Assembly (NCBI GenBank): GCA_047967505.1
Contig: CM106538.1
DNA: 64,000 nt
Origin: Dipteris shenzhenensis
Taxonomy: Eukaryota
Strand: one strand, 5' to 3'
Part shown: positions 1 through 12,494 of the stretch, piece after piece
Numbering within the stretch: position 1 is the stretch's first letter
Layout: the number at the start of each line of letters is the position of its first letter
Notes under the pieces: model-generated
The model's database searches: none
The model's input: the letters and a program-made list of their open reading frames with translations, nothing else
What the model was told of the DNA's origin: nothing
Position numbers and translations under genes: made by a program

Positions 1-6
1 GTACTC

Positions 7-1014
7 ATGGCAGTAGACAGAGAGGAGCTTGAAGCTTGGGAAGAAAGAGATGCCCATGCCCTGGCAATAATCATAGGGTCTACGGCGGACTCTGTTCTTC
101 CGCATATCCAACTGGCCGAGACGTCAGTAGAGGCGTGGGCCACACTGAAAGATCTGTACGAGACAGATAATACCTCCCGGATTGTGCTTCTTCAGCATCA
201 ACTCTACAATCTTGATATGGAAGAAGGCGATACGGTACATAGCCATTTGACGAAGGTCAAGGTGGTGCGGGATCAACTGGCAGCAATTGGTCAGAAGACG
301 GACTCATGCCATCTGGCCTTGATGGTACTGAGGAGATTGCCTTGGAGTTTCAAGAGCTTTGTTACGGCTGTGATAGTAGGACAGAGAACCAAACCTCTGA
401 CGTTTGAGGAGTTGTGTCCATTACTGCTACAGGAGGAAGCTCGGGAGAAGCTCTACAACGAGGACAAAGATGACAAGGCGATGCTGGCAAAGGATTCTGT
501 TGGCAAAGGCAAGGGCAAGCCTAACGGTGGCAAGTCCAATAAAGACGACGAGGGGACTTCGAAGAGAAAGCACAAGAAGAAGTGTTTCTATTGTGATACG
601 CCCGGACATTTTGCAAAGGACTGCAGAAAGAAAAAGGCGGATCTGAAAAACAAACAGGAGTCTGACTCAGATTCAGAGGGAAAAACCAAAGCAAATGTGG
701 TAGTCGAAGAATTGTTCCTGGTGACATCACCGAGTGTTACCGAGGTCAGATATGTTGATCCAGAAGTCACAGTAAGGATGTCTGACATAGAGATGTGGGT
801 CGACGAGGAGTCAGATGCCTTTGTGAAGGTAAAGGACAGTATGGAGCGCTTGGTACCTTCCAGGTGTGTAGCTGTTGACACTGACACAAGGGTGGATTCC
901 ATGGAAAGCCCTGGGGTCTCATGGTCAGATGGATGCTGGATTTCAGAAGGGGACAGGACAGGATTACACAGGATCTTGGCGGGTGCCTCATTGAGGTACA
1001 GGGTGTGCTTTTAG
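7..1014 (+). CDS. Copia Gag (UBN2-type capsid region plus CCHC zinc knuckle), running into degenerate protease-like sequence
   Basis: A..W..LK.LYE, LPWSFKSFV, LLLQEE and CFYCDTPGHFAKDC (CX2CX4HX4C). RYVDPEVTVRMS sits where the WYLDSGAS.HM protease motif is expected. The true start may lie upstream of position 1. Confidence 0.85.
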   Translation: MAVDREELEAWEERDAHALAIIIGSTADSVLPHIQLAETSVEAWATLKDLYETDNTSRIVLLQHQLYNLDMEEGDTVHSHLTKVKVVRDQLAAIGQKTDSCHLALMVLRRLPWSFKSFVTAVIVGQRTKPLTFEELCPLLLQEEAREKLYNEDKDDKAMLAKDSVGKGKGKPNGGKSNKDDEGTSKRKHKKKCFYCDTPGHFAKDCRKKKADLKNKQESDSDSEGKTKANVVVEELFLVTSPSVTEVRYVDPEVTVRMSDIEMWVDEESDAFVKVKDSMERLVPSRCVAVDTDTRVDSMESPGVSWSDGCWISEGDRTGLHRILAGASLRYRVCF

Positions 1015-1913
1015 AGCGAACATTCAGGCAGTACAACAGTCTGGTATGTATTTGATATTCTGCATTTGAGCCTTTATAGCATGCTATGGAGAGATTCTGC
1101 TCTTCATTCGTCTCAGGTGATAAGAGATTGGAAGGAATTGGCCTTCTTCGAAGGCAGAAGGGGAAGTATTGGTGCTTCTTCAAATCTTGGACGCAGATTG
1201 CTAGAAGGTGGTGGACAAAGAGTACTGAAGCCAGAAGAGTACCTGCTTGAGAACTCAGCAAGAGTTCATGGTCCAGGTTATCTGGAAATATTCATTGGTT
1301 GCAGACCTTGCCAAAGGAAGGACGGGTTGAAATAGACCCTCAGAGCAAGGTGCCTGGAAGACTCCAGGTTGTTCACTCATTATGAGGGGGACGACTGGAA
1401 GATCGTGACGGCTGGGTTGCTCAAGTTCAGAGGCGGGAATGCGACTGAAGGAGGTGGTACCAGGAGGTGCTACCAGAGATGGACCTGCGTACCAGGATGG
1501 TGTGCCGAAGCGGAACCGGACCTGGTGGAGCAGGAGCCACTGGATGCAAAGCCAGAAAAAGATTTCGACACCGAAAGGTTCCAGAGGACTACGACTAGGG
1601 AGTTACTAGAGCATCTTCATCGACGTGTTGGCATTGGGCTGAGATGTGTCAGTGAGAGGGGGTGTTGGAAAGGTCACCTCCCCATCTGTAAGCCCCCATA
1701 TGAGGAGAGCATGGGGAGCGCTTGGTACCTTCCAGGTGTGTAGCTGTTGACACTGACACGAGGGTGGATTCCATGGAAAGCCCCGGGGTCTCATGGTCAG
1801 ATGGATGCTGGATTTCAGAAGGGGACAGGACAGGATTACACAGGATCTTGGCGGGTGCCTCATTGACGTACAGGGTTTGCTTTCAGAGCGAACATTCAGG
1901 CAGTACAACAGTC
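841..1913 (+). repeat. Direct repeat of about 200 bp (841-1041 and 1711-1913)
   Basis: Near-identical copies of GGAGCGCTTGGTACC...GTACAACAGTC, with about 5 substitutions and a 2-bp indel. Confidence 0.95.
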
Positions 1914-3193
1914 GGTATTTTTGCAGGTCTTGGGGCCTATATAAAGAGGCCATTTGATATCATCTGAAGCAGCTATTCCACCAGCAGCAGGAGCAGCAGC
2001 AGGGCTACCTTTGGGCCTACAGTCAGGAGGAGAAAGAAGTACCTTGTGCTGCAGACTTAGCTTGCAGGAGGCTGCCCACCTAGGCTGGTTTCCAGACAGC
2101 AAGGTGGAGAGGATCATTCTGGACGGAAAGTCTACTCACGCTCGAGGTGGAGCACGCGGACTCTAGTCTAGAGATAGCCAGCAGATAGGAGGAGGACTTT
2201 GTGGTAAGATCAGAGGACCACACCATTGGTGGGACTCTGGATTTGTCTCTCTTGTATTGTGTCCATAGTTGTGGCCACAAAGGCCGTCACATCTCTCATC
2301 GGTGTAGCCTTAGTGCGCCGCATCCCACGGACTCTGATGTTAAGAGCCTTGCTACTGCTCCATGAGGGTAGCCAAAACAGTTACCCTTGCGGGTTCCCGT
2401 TTGGCCACGTCAACCCATGTGGAAGTCCCCTCAATGATAGATTGCATGCTCACAATCTGTGCCTCAACAACCGGGATGCTCCTTGGAACTGTGTGTGGCT
2501 ATGACCTCCAGCCGGAGCTGCGAAATATCCTGTCTGGGTCCCTGAATGAGACCAGCCTGCTCCCGAATGGCGCGAGCCTGTTCCTGTATGACGTGGCTCT
2601 GCTTTGGTTGAAGCGGACCTGCTCCTGTGCGAAGCGTGTCGGCTCCATCCCATGCTCACGGATACTGTGTACCTCCATGAGCACGGTCTCCCAAGCCTCT
2701 GGTGCGTAAGCCCGTCCGTGTCCTAGCTGAAACTGGAATGGCTGTGATATAAGAGTATGGGGATGAGGCCGGAAGCTGGGCGGTGACTGGGTGAGCTGGG
2801 TGAGGTACGGAGATGGCAGTGGCATGGATGAGGCAATCCCAACGAGATGTGGGAGCGTAGGTTGACTGAGAGGGAGAGGGGAGAGAAAGGTCAAGGCGTA
2901 AGGCGGAGCATTGTATGATACCTCCGAAGTAGGTGCCATAATCGGTGCGAGAGCTGTAATGGGGGAGGAGGGGACAAATGAGGACTGTGACAACCTCCCT
3001 TTCCCAAAGCGAAGGGAGGAGGCCAATGTGATGGGTATATCACTGTCTTGTCATGGCTGACAGTAACCGTGGCTGGAGATGTAGATGCTGTAGCTGAGTC
3101 TGAGGCTGAAGCAGAAGATGAGGATGTAGCGAGAGCAATGGTTACTTGGTCCAAAGTATTGATTAGCTTATTGTGGTTGAGTCATCTCTTACA
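1663..3193 (+). repeat. Putative 3' LTR (about 1.5 kb)
   Basis: Begins TG right after the PPT, has TATATAAA at 1938-1945, and ends ...CTCTTACA at 3193. The 3' boundary is inferred because the 5' LTR is not in the window. Confidence 0.55.
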
Positions 3194-3556
3194 AAAATTT
3201 AATGGGAAGAATTTCCCTCGTGGGCCAGACAGGTACAGCAGCAGTACAGGTCAAATAGCAACAGGACAGCACCGTACTGACTATTGGCCTATTGACCTCA
3301 ACCGTAGATGGGCAAAGCAGACACGAGCAGGCATAGGCAGAAAATGCAGGCGTAGATGCTGATATGGCAGCTCCGAGCAATGTGCACACAGGTCGGGGCA
3401 GTTTGCTGCAGGCCCAGAACATCAATAGGGATCTACAATAGCCTTTTATAGGCTCCAAATCCAGTCTGTAAACTCACAGACCAGTCTGAGTCTATGAGAT
3501 GGCAGTTAAACATGAGTCTTCAAAAGAGTATTCTAGGCATTTCCGTTGCATTAACA
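3194..3556 (-). repeat. Probable truncated LTR of a second element, opposite orientation
   Basis: Minus strand starts TGTTAATGC at 3556, has TATAAAA at 3450-3444, and stops abruptly at the inferred end of the plus-strand LTR. Confidence 0.4.
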
Positions 3557-3603
3557 TCCAAGGCAGGAAGTTAATAATCCACACAAATGCCGCATTTGAT
3601 GGG

Positions 3604-3721
3604 TTGGATGCAAAACCTGCCAAATGCATCTTTGTTGGTTATGCAGATGAACAAAATGGGAAAAAGGCTTTATGACATCCAAGGCAGGAAGCTAATAATC
3701 AACAGAGATGCGGCATTTGAT
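3604..3721 (+). pseudogene. Copia integrase C-terminal (SH3-like) remnant
   Basis: LDAKPAKCIFVGYADEQ, then after a frameshift RLYDIQGRKLIINRDAAFD. This matches the Copia LD.KS.KCIFVGY....GYRLYDP...K...SRDV.FDE pattern. Its last 46 bp also occur at 3555-3600. Confidence 0.8.
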
Positions 3722-4961
3722 AAGTTTGATGACTCTCAGCAAAAGCAGCAAAAGCAGCAGCTAGTCAGCTTGGAAGATGATGGATAGCAGGAGGTGGAGC
3801 TTGAACAGCCCACACTGCCTCATAAGCAAATAAGCTTGTAATTCCACCCACACCACACACTCTCTGAGCTCCTGGGCTTTTCTATAAGTCTTCCACTGTG
3901 CATACCCTCTGTTGGTCAATTTCTAACAACCCTCTATTCTAAGAGGCCTTAATCTCAACAAATTAATCCATACATATATCTTAGACACACACACACCCAC
4001 ACGCACGCACACACACCTACCTTTGTAAGACTAGAATATATCCAATCAGATAAATTATTCACACACATACCTTAACCTAATTTCTTAGGTTAGAGGGATG
4101 GCTTCAAAATTTCACGGAAAGGAGGGGGTTGAACTCAAGATATTTGATACACACTTTCACCATGGATATGATGTGAAAACAGTGGTGTAAAAAGAGTCTT
4201 GAATGCTTACCCTCTTAAATAAGAGGGGAGGGAATCCCTCCGCTCATAAACAGAGGGAGGTCTATTAATGTCCCCTCAATTTCATCTTTCCACCTCTGCC
4301 TTTTTCCCTTTTCCAATTTATTAATATATCAGAGTAACTTCTAGCGTATAATGTTAGCGGTGCGCTCAGAAGTTAAAATAGTTAGCCTAGGAGTAATTTG
4401 GACATGGCAAACCCACTTTTTGGGGTGGACATGTGGCATGGGAGGCATGCTTACTATCATGTGGCTAGCTTTCATTGGAGATTAGGGACCAATTTAAAAT
4501 GTAACACACTATACGGCACAGAATAAAAATATTCCCATGACGGAGCATGCAAGATCCTTGGTAGCATCAAGTGAAATCGACCATGGATAAGCCATAGGCA
4601 GCATATCACCTAATGACTCGCCACAAGGATTGGGTAGCAAACAAGATCCTTACCAACAATAGGAAGCTTATGACCTAATGGCATCTTGCATATAATTGCA
4701 AGGTCTTATTCCACCCCATCTTCCACCTCAAAAGGCTGAAGAGAGAGCAACAACTAATCCTCAACAAACAAGCATGTATATGGCCATTGTTTTCTTGTTT
4801 TATTAACAAAACACTAGGTCAGCCATAAACAACTGAGCAAAAGAAAATGACACGCATGCATAAGCACCAATGTGTTTGCCATGTAAGTGTGTGTTTGCAT
4901 TCCCCACCAAAAAAACAAATAGCATGCAGTTTGCAATGCTCCAAAAATTAGAAGGGCGTAC

Positions 4962-5717
4962 CTCGCGAAGCAAGCTTACAAAAATGCTTATTTGAAGCAT
5001 ATACACAATGCCAACAAGCCAATGAAGAAGAGTGCTTGTAATAGGTGAAGCCCGAAAGAAATTGAATCGGTTTGCAATGGTGCCTCCAAGCATACCGAGG
5101 GTGCATATGTCTAACCACCATCCACACAAGAAGGGGAAAACTCCAAGTTCGATAAGCAAAAGGAAAGCAACTTTAAGCATCGTCATCATATACTTTAACC
5201 CTGTAATGACCTGTCTTGCAACAGAGGGGGCAGCCTCTGCCATAGAAGCTACACCACGAATTCGCCCTAAAGTGAGTGACTCTCCCTTGTTATACTTGAT
5301 AAGGGCTATGAGCCCAAAGTAAAAGCTGATAGCCATCAAAATAACGCTGTAGCCAACCGCGACAGTTGCAGCATCAGAAAGTTTCAACGATGAAACCATA
5401 GCCTCTGTCAAAGCATCCATGGAATTTTCAACCACCTTCATACTTGAAACAGAAGCAAAACCTTCGATGCCAATGTTTGCAAAACTGGTGTTCCCACTAA
5501 TTGAACCATCTGGTAAAAATGCAAGATCGTTCATGAGCCCTGTTGCTACCTTACTAACAGGGATAGTGCGATTCATACTGAGAACAGTTTGGGCTGCTAA
5601 TTTAGCACCATCAGAGCCAGTAACTATCAGGCGAGAAACAAGGAAAAGGACTGCACGTCCTAGAGTGAAGGGTAAGAAAGCCACAAGTCCCAGAAAAATA
5701 GCATTGCTTGCCAAAAC
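4962..5717 (-). CDS. SUD1: SUD1/CER9 exon 3 (transmembrane/TD region); downstream exons lie left of the window
   Basis: CAG acceptor. VLASNAIFLG...KVAFLLLIELGVFPFLCGWWLDIC...HWLVGIVYMLQISIFVSLLRE, then a GTAC donor at 4961. Length 756 nt, phase 0. Confidence 0.95.
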
Positions 5718-5878
5718 CTGCAAAGCATTACCAAAACAATATCTACCTTCATCAAACTGGAATATACACCCTTACAAGCAGAGATCTTAAAAACAACCAT
5801 CTTCTTGATTCTTAAAAAGAGATTCTCGGCAAAAATTGTAAGAAAAAACAACAAAGGAAACAAGCCTGAAGGACTCAC

Positions 5879-6610
5879 AGTGATTGCATTCTCTACCAAA
5901 TGGAAAACTGGACCTTGCATGCCAACAAGTTCATCAAAAGGCACATCTTCGGCCCCATCAACATCATCTGCTCCGTCAAACATTTGCTCTACATGGGCTT
6001 CTAATCGAGCTGCCTGCATTTCCAAGCGTGCAGCAACATTCTCTGCATTTCTTCTGATTATCTGTCCAGCTCCAGCAGCTAAACCCTGCCCTACACCAGC
6101 AACTTCTCTGTTTCCTCCACCAGGCTGGGCTTGAGCACCAGCACCATCAAACCTGTCGCCCACTGGAGGAGCTTGTCCTTGCCTCCTTCCTGCTCTAACC
6201 CCATGTCGCCTGTCTAGGCCACCATCATCTCTATCCAAATCAGGGCCACCTAGTTCCCGGAGATGGCGGAAATATTCCCTCAGCGAGGTTGCACCAAGGA
6301 AAATAAACACTATACCAGCTGACAATAGGAACCCATGAAGACAATCAGTGAGGAGCAAGGCCGGAGTGAGCCGGCTAATGAAACAGCTCTGGGCTTCTGA
6401 AATACTTCTGACAAATGTCAAGCGCCATATCCAGAATGTCGTGAAAGGTATGAAGACTAGCCATACTGAAAGCACAAAGACAAGCCGCAGGAAGAAATGC
6501 ATTCCCCGACCAGCCTTAAGTGCCATTCCCAGTAGAAATTCCTGAAAAGGCAACCTTGGTGGAGCATTGTCTGCATAGACTGGAGAAAATGCAAAGGGAT
6601 GCTTACAAAC
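5879..6610 (-). CDS. SUD1: SUD1/CER9 exon 2
   Basis: CAG acceptor at 6613-6611. VCKHPFAFSPVYADNAPPRLPFQEF...GAEDVPFDELVGMQGPVFHLVENAIT, then a GTGAGT donor. Length 732 nt, phase 0. Confidence 0.95.
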
Positions 6611-6944
6611 CTGCCAGCAAAAATTACTTCAGTTCAAAAGATCAAAATAAACATTTTCCCTCAAAAAAACCCTTTTTCGCATAGCCAAGATATTAAAGAG
6701 CTCATTATACCCTTCGACCAAAATAGTTTCGTACAGTGGGGCGTGTTTGGACTCAAGTGGCACAAACCAATTTAACTGTAATGTTGTCACCTTACAAAGA
6801 CCATTTGCATCGAATTACTTTTGTCCATTTGAAAAGTAGAAATCTGCAGTACGTAAAGAAACCTGTCGATGTAACTGGCTCAGGGATTGGGGAATGTCAC
6901 ATTTATAAGATGGCTGATGCTTATTGTCGAATGAAAACCAAGAA

Positions 6945-6987
<43 letters not shown>

Positions 6988-7105
6988 GGACATCTAATGT
7001 GGTCACGTAACGTGACAGGGCAAAAGAGCTCACAAAGATTACGGTAGATTCCTCTCAACCACTTCTGTTTTCGTGACGGAGAAGGCGGCGGATCAGGGGA
7101 TGTAC

Positions 7106-7363
7106 CTCACACTGTCGAGCGTTGCTGTGATTGAGCCACTGCAGTAGACAATCCTGATGAACATACTTGATGCTTCCGCTGCAGGCACAGGGGTAATAGA
7201 GGGGCGAAGCCTTCTCACTTGGGGTGCGACAAATCCGACAAACATCTTCCTCCTCGTCAGCGTCGTCGGTACGGGGAGCAGCCTCCACCAGGCTGCGGGC
7301 AGGAGGGGAGAAGGTATCGTGAGATCCTTTGGCTAAGATCTCGGAGGGGGGAGGCAGAGCCAT
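7106..7363 (-). CDS. SUD1: E3 ubiquitin ligase SUD1/CER9 (Doa10/MARCH6 family), exon 1 (RING-CH/RINGv)
   Basis: ATG at 7363. CRICR...PLYYPCACSGSIKYVHQDCLLQWLNHSNARQCE, followed by a GT donor at 7105 (phase 0). Confidence 0.95.
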
Positions 7364-8196
7364 GGGGAATGTGCCAGGGCAAATTGGAGTGTTGGAATGA
7401 GACGATGTTCTGAGATGCTAAGGTAAGTCTGCGATTCTTCAGAGGCTCAAAAAACAAGATGGGAGTCATATATACATTAGATGTCGGTCAAAACAGAGTC
7501 GGTATTCAACTCACCGCCTATGCTCTTTTAATAACTTAACCTAACCACCTTTGCCCTAGGGTCAATTTCCCCTTACCCCATCCCTTTCGCACCAAATTTC
7601 AATCTCCTTGTTGAGCCCATCTGGGTTCGCACATGAGTCCACGGTTTCTTGTTGGACTTGTTTGGCCACCTAATGCTCTATCTCTCCTAATATAGCCAGC
7701 ACGAATACCAAAGGCCAAACCAATTGGTCCAACCTTTCATGCTACAGTAATCCACAAATGTTGGTACCACTGTGCAGAAATGTGAGGAAAAAATTCCCTA
7801 CAAATCTGGCCGATCATTATGTGTATAGACACAATCCCTGGCCAACGTACACATAAACACCTAACTGTTTGTTCAATTGCTTTCCTGGATTTTGTATACT
7901 CAAACTTAAAAGTTTTAAATCAATTGGCATTGAGTAGGAAAGTAAGAGCCAATAACTTGTCCAAATGGCAATGAATCTCCTTGATAAAAACTATGAGTAG
8001 TTTGTGATCACAATAGTCATAAGAGATGCTCTAGTTATGTTTGAAGTCATGTTCGACATTGTTATGCAAGAGCAGATGTGGAGTCCTTGCATGTTAAATT
8101 CTGAGAGCCATCTAGAGATAGAGGTTCTCAAAGAGGCCAAGGTAGAAATCACAAAAAGGCTGATGAGAGAAACAATCATCAAGCCAAAAGTAACTA

Positions 8197-8465
8197 ACAA
8201 AAAAGGCCTAGCAAACATTCGTAGACTCATCATGTAGAACCACCTTCCACACATCAACATATTCTAGCTTTAAGTAAGCGTTGTTCTACTTTCAAATGCT
8301 ATTCTAAAAGTAAAAAGACACGAAAAATCCTGACAAAAAAGGCCTAGCAAACATTCGTAGACTCATCATGTAGAACCACCTTCCACACATCAACATATTC
8401 TAGCTTTAAGTAAGCGTTGTTCTACTTTCAAATGCTATTCTAAAAGTAAAAAGACACGAAAAATC
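8197..8465. repeat. Tandem duplication of 133 bp (8197-8329 and 8333-8465), with a diverged partial third copy near 8545-8640
   Basis: Copies are identical by eye from ACAAAAAAGGCCTAGC to GAAAAATC. Confidence 0.9.
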
Positions 8466-11400
8466 TTAGCTTTGCATTTGAGAAAAGCTTAGCTTTGCAT
8501 TATAAAATCTCCTTTCTCTTCTTACACATAGATAATCCCAAATACATACATGTTCTAAAAGCAAAAGGACATGGAAAATTCTAGCTTTAAGTAAGCATTG
8601 TTCTACTTTGAAATGCTATTTCCATTTGAGAAAAGCTAGAGAATCTGCAAAATGGATCCTAGGATAGGACTTCAACCATGGCTTGACCAAAATGAATGGA
8701 GCTTCAACAAACAACACTTGAGCTAGCCTCTTTGGATAGTATTTGAAAAATGCGTCTACCTATATTATAAGAATAACAAGTAGCCCAGTTAAGATGTTGT
8801 AGAGTACATTTATTAGAGTAGATTGAATGTAAACTCACCAAAAACGTCATAAAATTTTAGGTCCCCATTCTTGTGAGTGAATCCTCTCAAGTTGAAATCC
8901 TCTTCACCTACAGGCAATAGGCTTAATGCTTTCTCGCTCAAATAAATGTAGAGCTTTTCACTTTCGATGAGATCATGTCTCTAAAACAATGTTCAAGCAA
9001 GTAGAAAAGGTATAAGCTTAGGCATTCCTAAATGATTTTGCATACAACCCCAAATAGTTGAATTTGGCATGCTTGGGAGATGGAATACTCACTTCCTGGA
9101 ACATGGTTGGCAGCCAAAACAACTACAATAGCCCTCCCTCCACATCAAGTTGCGTATGGAGGTAAGCTTTCCCAGTTGCCACAATGTTCCTAAAAGAATC
9201 TTGCGTAAGCAAATTGACATCAAACTCCCGGCACCACATCCTCCCGGCACCACATCTTGCATACCTCTTTGTTAACAATGGAAGGTTTTGCATAGAATTT
9301 GCATAAATGGTAAATATAAAAAGTAGCTACATTCCTCAGTTAGAAGCATCCAATCACCTTGACAAGCTTGCCAATTGACACTTCCATATTACACTTTTTG
9401 ATCTTTCAAAAATTGTCTCACCAATTTTTGTTTTTTTTGAAACTTTGCAAGTTCATACCATTAAAATAGAATTCAATCATGACATGCATTTCGAAATCTT
9501 GAACTTCATGTAGGCTAGTCATGTAATGATTCTTTATCCTCTTCTATAATTATACATGCTTGAATAATAAATTTAAAGGTCCACTTTGTACATTCACTTT
9601 ATGAAATATCACATTGATAACTATTCATTCAATTTTCTCATGAGTCTCAAACTTTAAAAATTCTCTACTATGCCTTTACAAGCTACACCACTACATATCT
9701 CTAAAAAACCCACCTCAAGGGATATAGTAATAGCCCACAAGGGGGTGAGGTGGGAAATTTGAGCAAAGTGACATATGGCTTTCAAGAATGACAAATATCC
9801 ACTATGCTTTAAATGCATTTGAGAAAGCATCAAAGTTGGTCCATTCAATGTTTAGATTATGGCATTTACATTATCATAATAAGTAAGTATATAGTATATC
9901 TAAAATCCAAGTGATGAGACATTTAGGCCACTGTCTGTTTCTCGCAATGTGGGTAGGCTGTACACTTGTATTAGGGATCCAAATAGTCACCAACTTACAA
10001 GGGTCGCATAGTTGGTATAATAAGACTTTCAAAAGACTTAGGTGAATATAAGAGATATATTCTAGTGCACTCGTATTTATCCTAGGGCTTCACTTGTAAA
10101 TATATAAAATATATCGCATGGGTTCAAATGTAGGAGTTTTTGAATTCAAAAATTCATGGTATACCCTTTATGGAAGGTTGTATCTAAGCTTTCTTACTAC
10201 TGCACCCCTTGCGAGCAAGATCCATAACTTGCAAATATTATGCATCAATAATAATTCATTCTAAAGCTTGGTGGCATTGAGGGACATTTGTCTATGGATT
10301 GTCTACCCATGACAGTCAATGTAGTCTCTTCTTTAGAAATTAACACATCAGACCATTTGGTTCCAATAGTATCTCTTGTATACTCTACGAACATCAATGT
10401 ATCCCAAGGATGGGAAAATAAATAGATTTTGATGCACTTGTAGCAACGTTGTCTAACCATTTCTATGGAAAGGGTGGGAAGCACTTCAACTCAATCTTGA
10501 AAGGCTGCATACTTGGCATCAAGAAGAAACATGATTGACAACCAAGAAGCAAGGACTTGTGTGCATTCATTGTGACAACTTTGGCCACTATTAAGAGAAG
10601 TGTTTCAAAAGATAGTTTGCTAAGAAGGTGAACTAGGAAGGCAAACTAAGATTAAACTTTTATGTAGACAATCACAAATAGTAGCCTTACAACATATAAC
10701 AACCTACAATTTTAGTGTATTGTTGATTTATAAACCATTAGTGCATCAACAAATATGCAATGCTTAGTCAACTTGTTAAACACAATCATGTAATACCTAG
10801 TCAGTTTGTTAAGCACAATCGTGGAATAGTATATCACCATGTTTTTAGACCCTGTGAGAGCAAAATTTATCAATTTTGCAATATGAAAATATAACCCAAG
10901 ACCTAATAAACATAATATTTCCCCATTATTTCACTCAATTAATTGCATTTCGATGGTTGAAATCATCCACTCCCCAAGTGATGAATGGTTTAATATTGAA
11001 CTCTATGGACGATAGCTTAATGGGGTTTTTGGTTTCTTTATCCACCACTAAAAATTGAGGGGACTATTGGATCTCATTCATTAGAGGCTATGTACTGGAA
11101 GCCTTGAGGGGATGAAATTTTGGAAATTGTCAAGTAGGCAGATTGATATAAGTATAGGTAAAAATTGACAACTTGGGGAGAAATGGAAATTCTCCTAATA
11201 GTTGGATCTTTTCTATTTTAGGAATTTTGAGCTTCATAATAAAAGAGCATACAAAAACTTCACAAAAACTCAAGCAAAAGAAATGCTAGGAAATTTCTTA
11301 GACGCAATGGGGAGTTAAGAGAATTGATTTTATGATAAATAACTTTAGTCATATGAAGGTTTACTATTCGGTCTAATAAAGTAAGTTTCTTCTTTTAAAT

Positions 11401-12494
11401 TAATCGGATCATGTTATGAGAGAATGAGGGGGTGTTAGGTTGCTTAAGTAAGATTGGTAGGTGAGTTTATGCTTTTCTTGGATGATAAGGTAAGTTTGAT
11501 GTTCTTTTTTAGTTGGAATTTTTCTTTCCCTCACTTTCAATCAGATCTTTGTGTGTGCTTTGTGGTGGTTTTTTAAATTGGAGACTTAGTTAATTAGCAT
11601 CACTCTCTAGCTCTGTATTGCCCTTGGTTTGGATTTTTGCTATGAAAGGTAAATCATCATTGATGTCTCAAGACTCTCGTTTGGGGTCGATATCTTAGCA
11701 TTTGTTATTTGTAATGTTAATGACATAGATATATATATAGTTAATGGATGGCTGCTCTTAGTCATAATAACGGGGGAATCGATGTTCTTGGTGTTGAAGC
11801 TCTCTAGTAGCTTCTAGTGGGGGAATCGATGTTCTTGGTGTTGAAGCTCTTTGGTAGCTTCTAGTGGGTTTGTTTGCTCCGACATAGGTCTATTAGTCGT
11901 GCTTTCGCAGTCCTTTGGATGATAATTTGTAGAAAAGTTTTCTAAGATTTGGGTGGTTTATTGGTTGTGAGCTACGTGCACTCTTCTCCCTTTAAATCTT
12001 CTATGCGGCTATAATGTTTTTGACATGGAGTTAAATTTGTCTCTATAGTATTCCTTAGAAATGTTCTAGTGTTTAGATAATCTAAGTTGATGTGATTAAT
12101 TACTGACTAATGGGTAGTAATATCATTGTAGCCTCTTGCATGGTTAATTTCAATTATCAACGAATGGGATCTTTAAGGTGTTAGTTCTATTCTTCCATGC
12201 GCGTTAGTTCACACACACACACACACACACAAATTTCGCATAATAATTTTTCTCATTTTCACACCCCCCCCCCCAACCTCCCTCCCTATACTCACATATG
12301 ATTCACACATACCCTATTTCCTCCCTCCCCTTACCTTCCCTATAATTATTTATGATTTACACATGCCCCCCCCCCCCCACACACACACACACATACACAC
12401 ACCCACATACCCACACACACACACCCAATTTGCTATACTTTACAAACACATACACGCACACACACACATACACACACCCTCACCCACACCCACA

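Larger units (their letters stand above)
1..3193 (+). mobile_element. Ty1/Copia-derived non-autonomous LTR retrotransposon (gag retained, pol collapsed; TR-GAG-like), 5' part outside window
   Basis: Copia gag ORF, then about 900 bp of unrecognisably decayed pol, then polypurine tract GAGAGGGGG (1654-1662) directly followed by TGTTGG. No RT or integrase motifs are present. Confidence 0.75.

Noticed and set aside
3910-4506. TG...CA bounded segment as a solo LTR
   Set aside because: No matching target-site duplication for any candidate end pair.
8161-8175. CTGATGA...GAAAC hammerhead-like core (other CTGATGA sites also checked)
   Set aside because: No stem II or flanking helices can form.
8700-11500. 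Possible LINE RT relic (NGFNIELY-like on plus, SIRQGCP-like on minus)
   Set aside because: The hints fall on opposite strands and need several frameshifts; too degraded to call.
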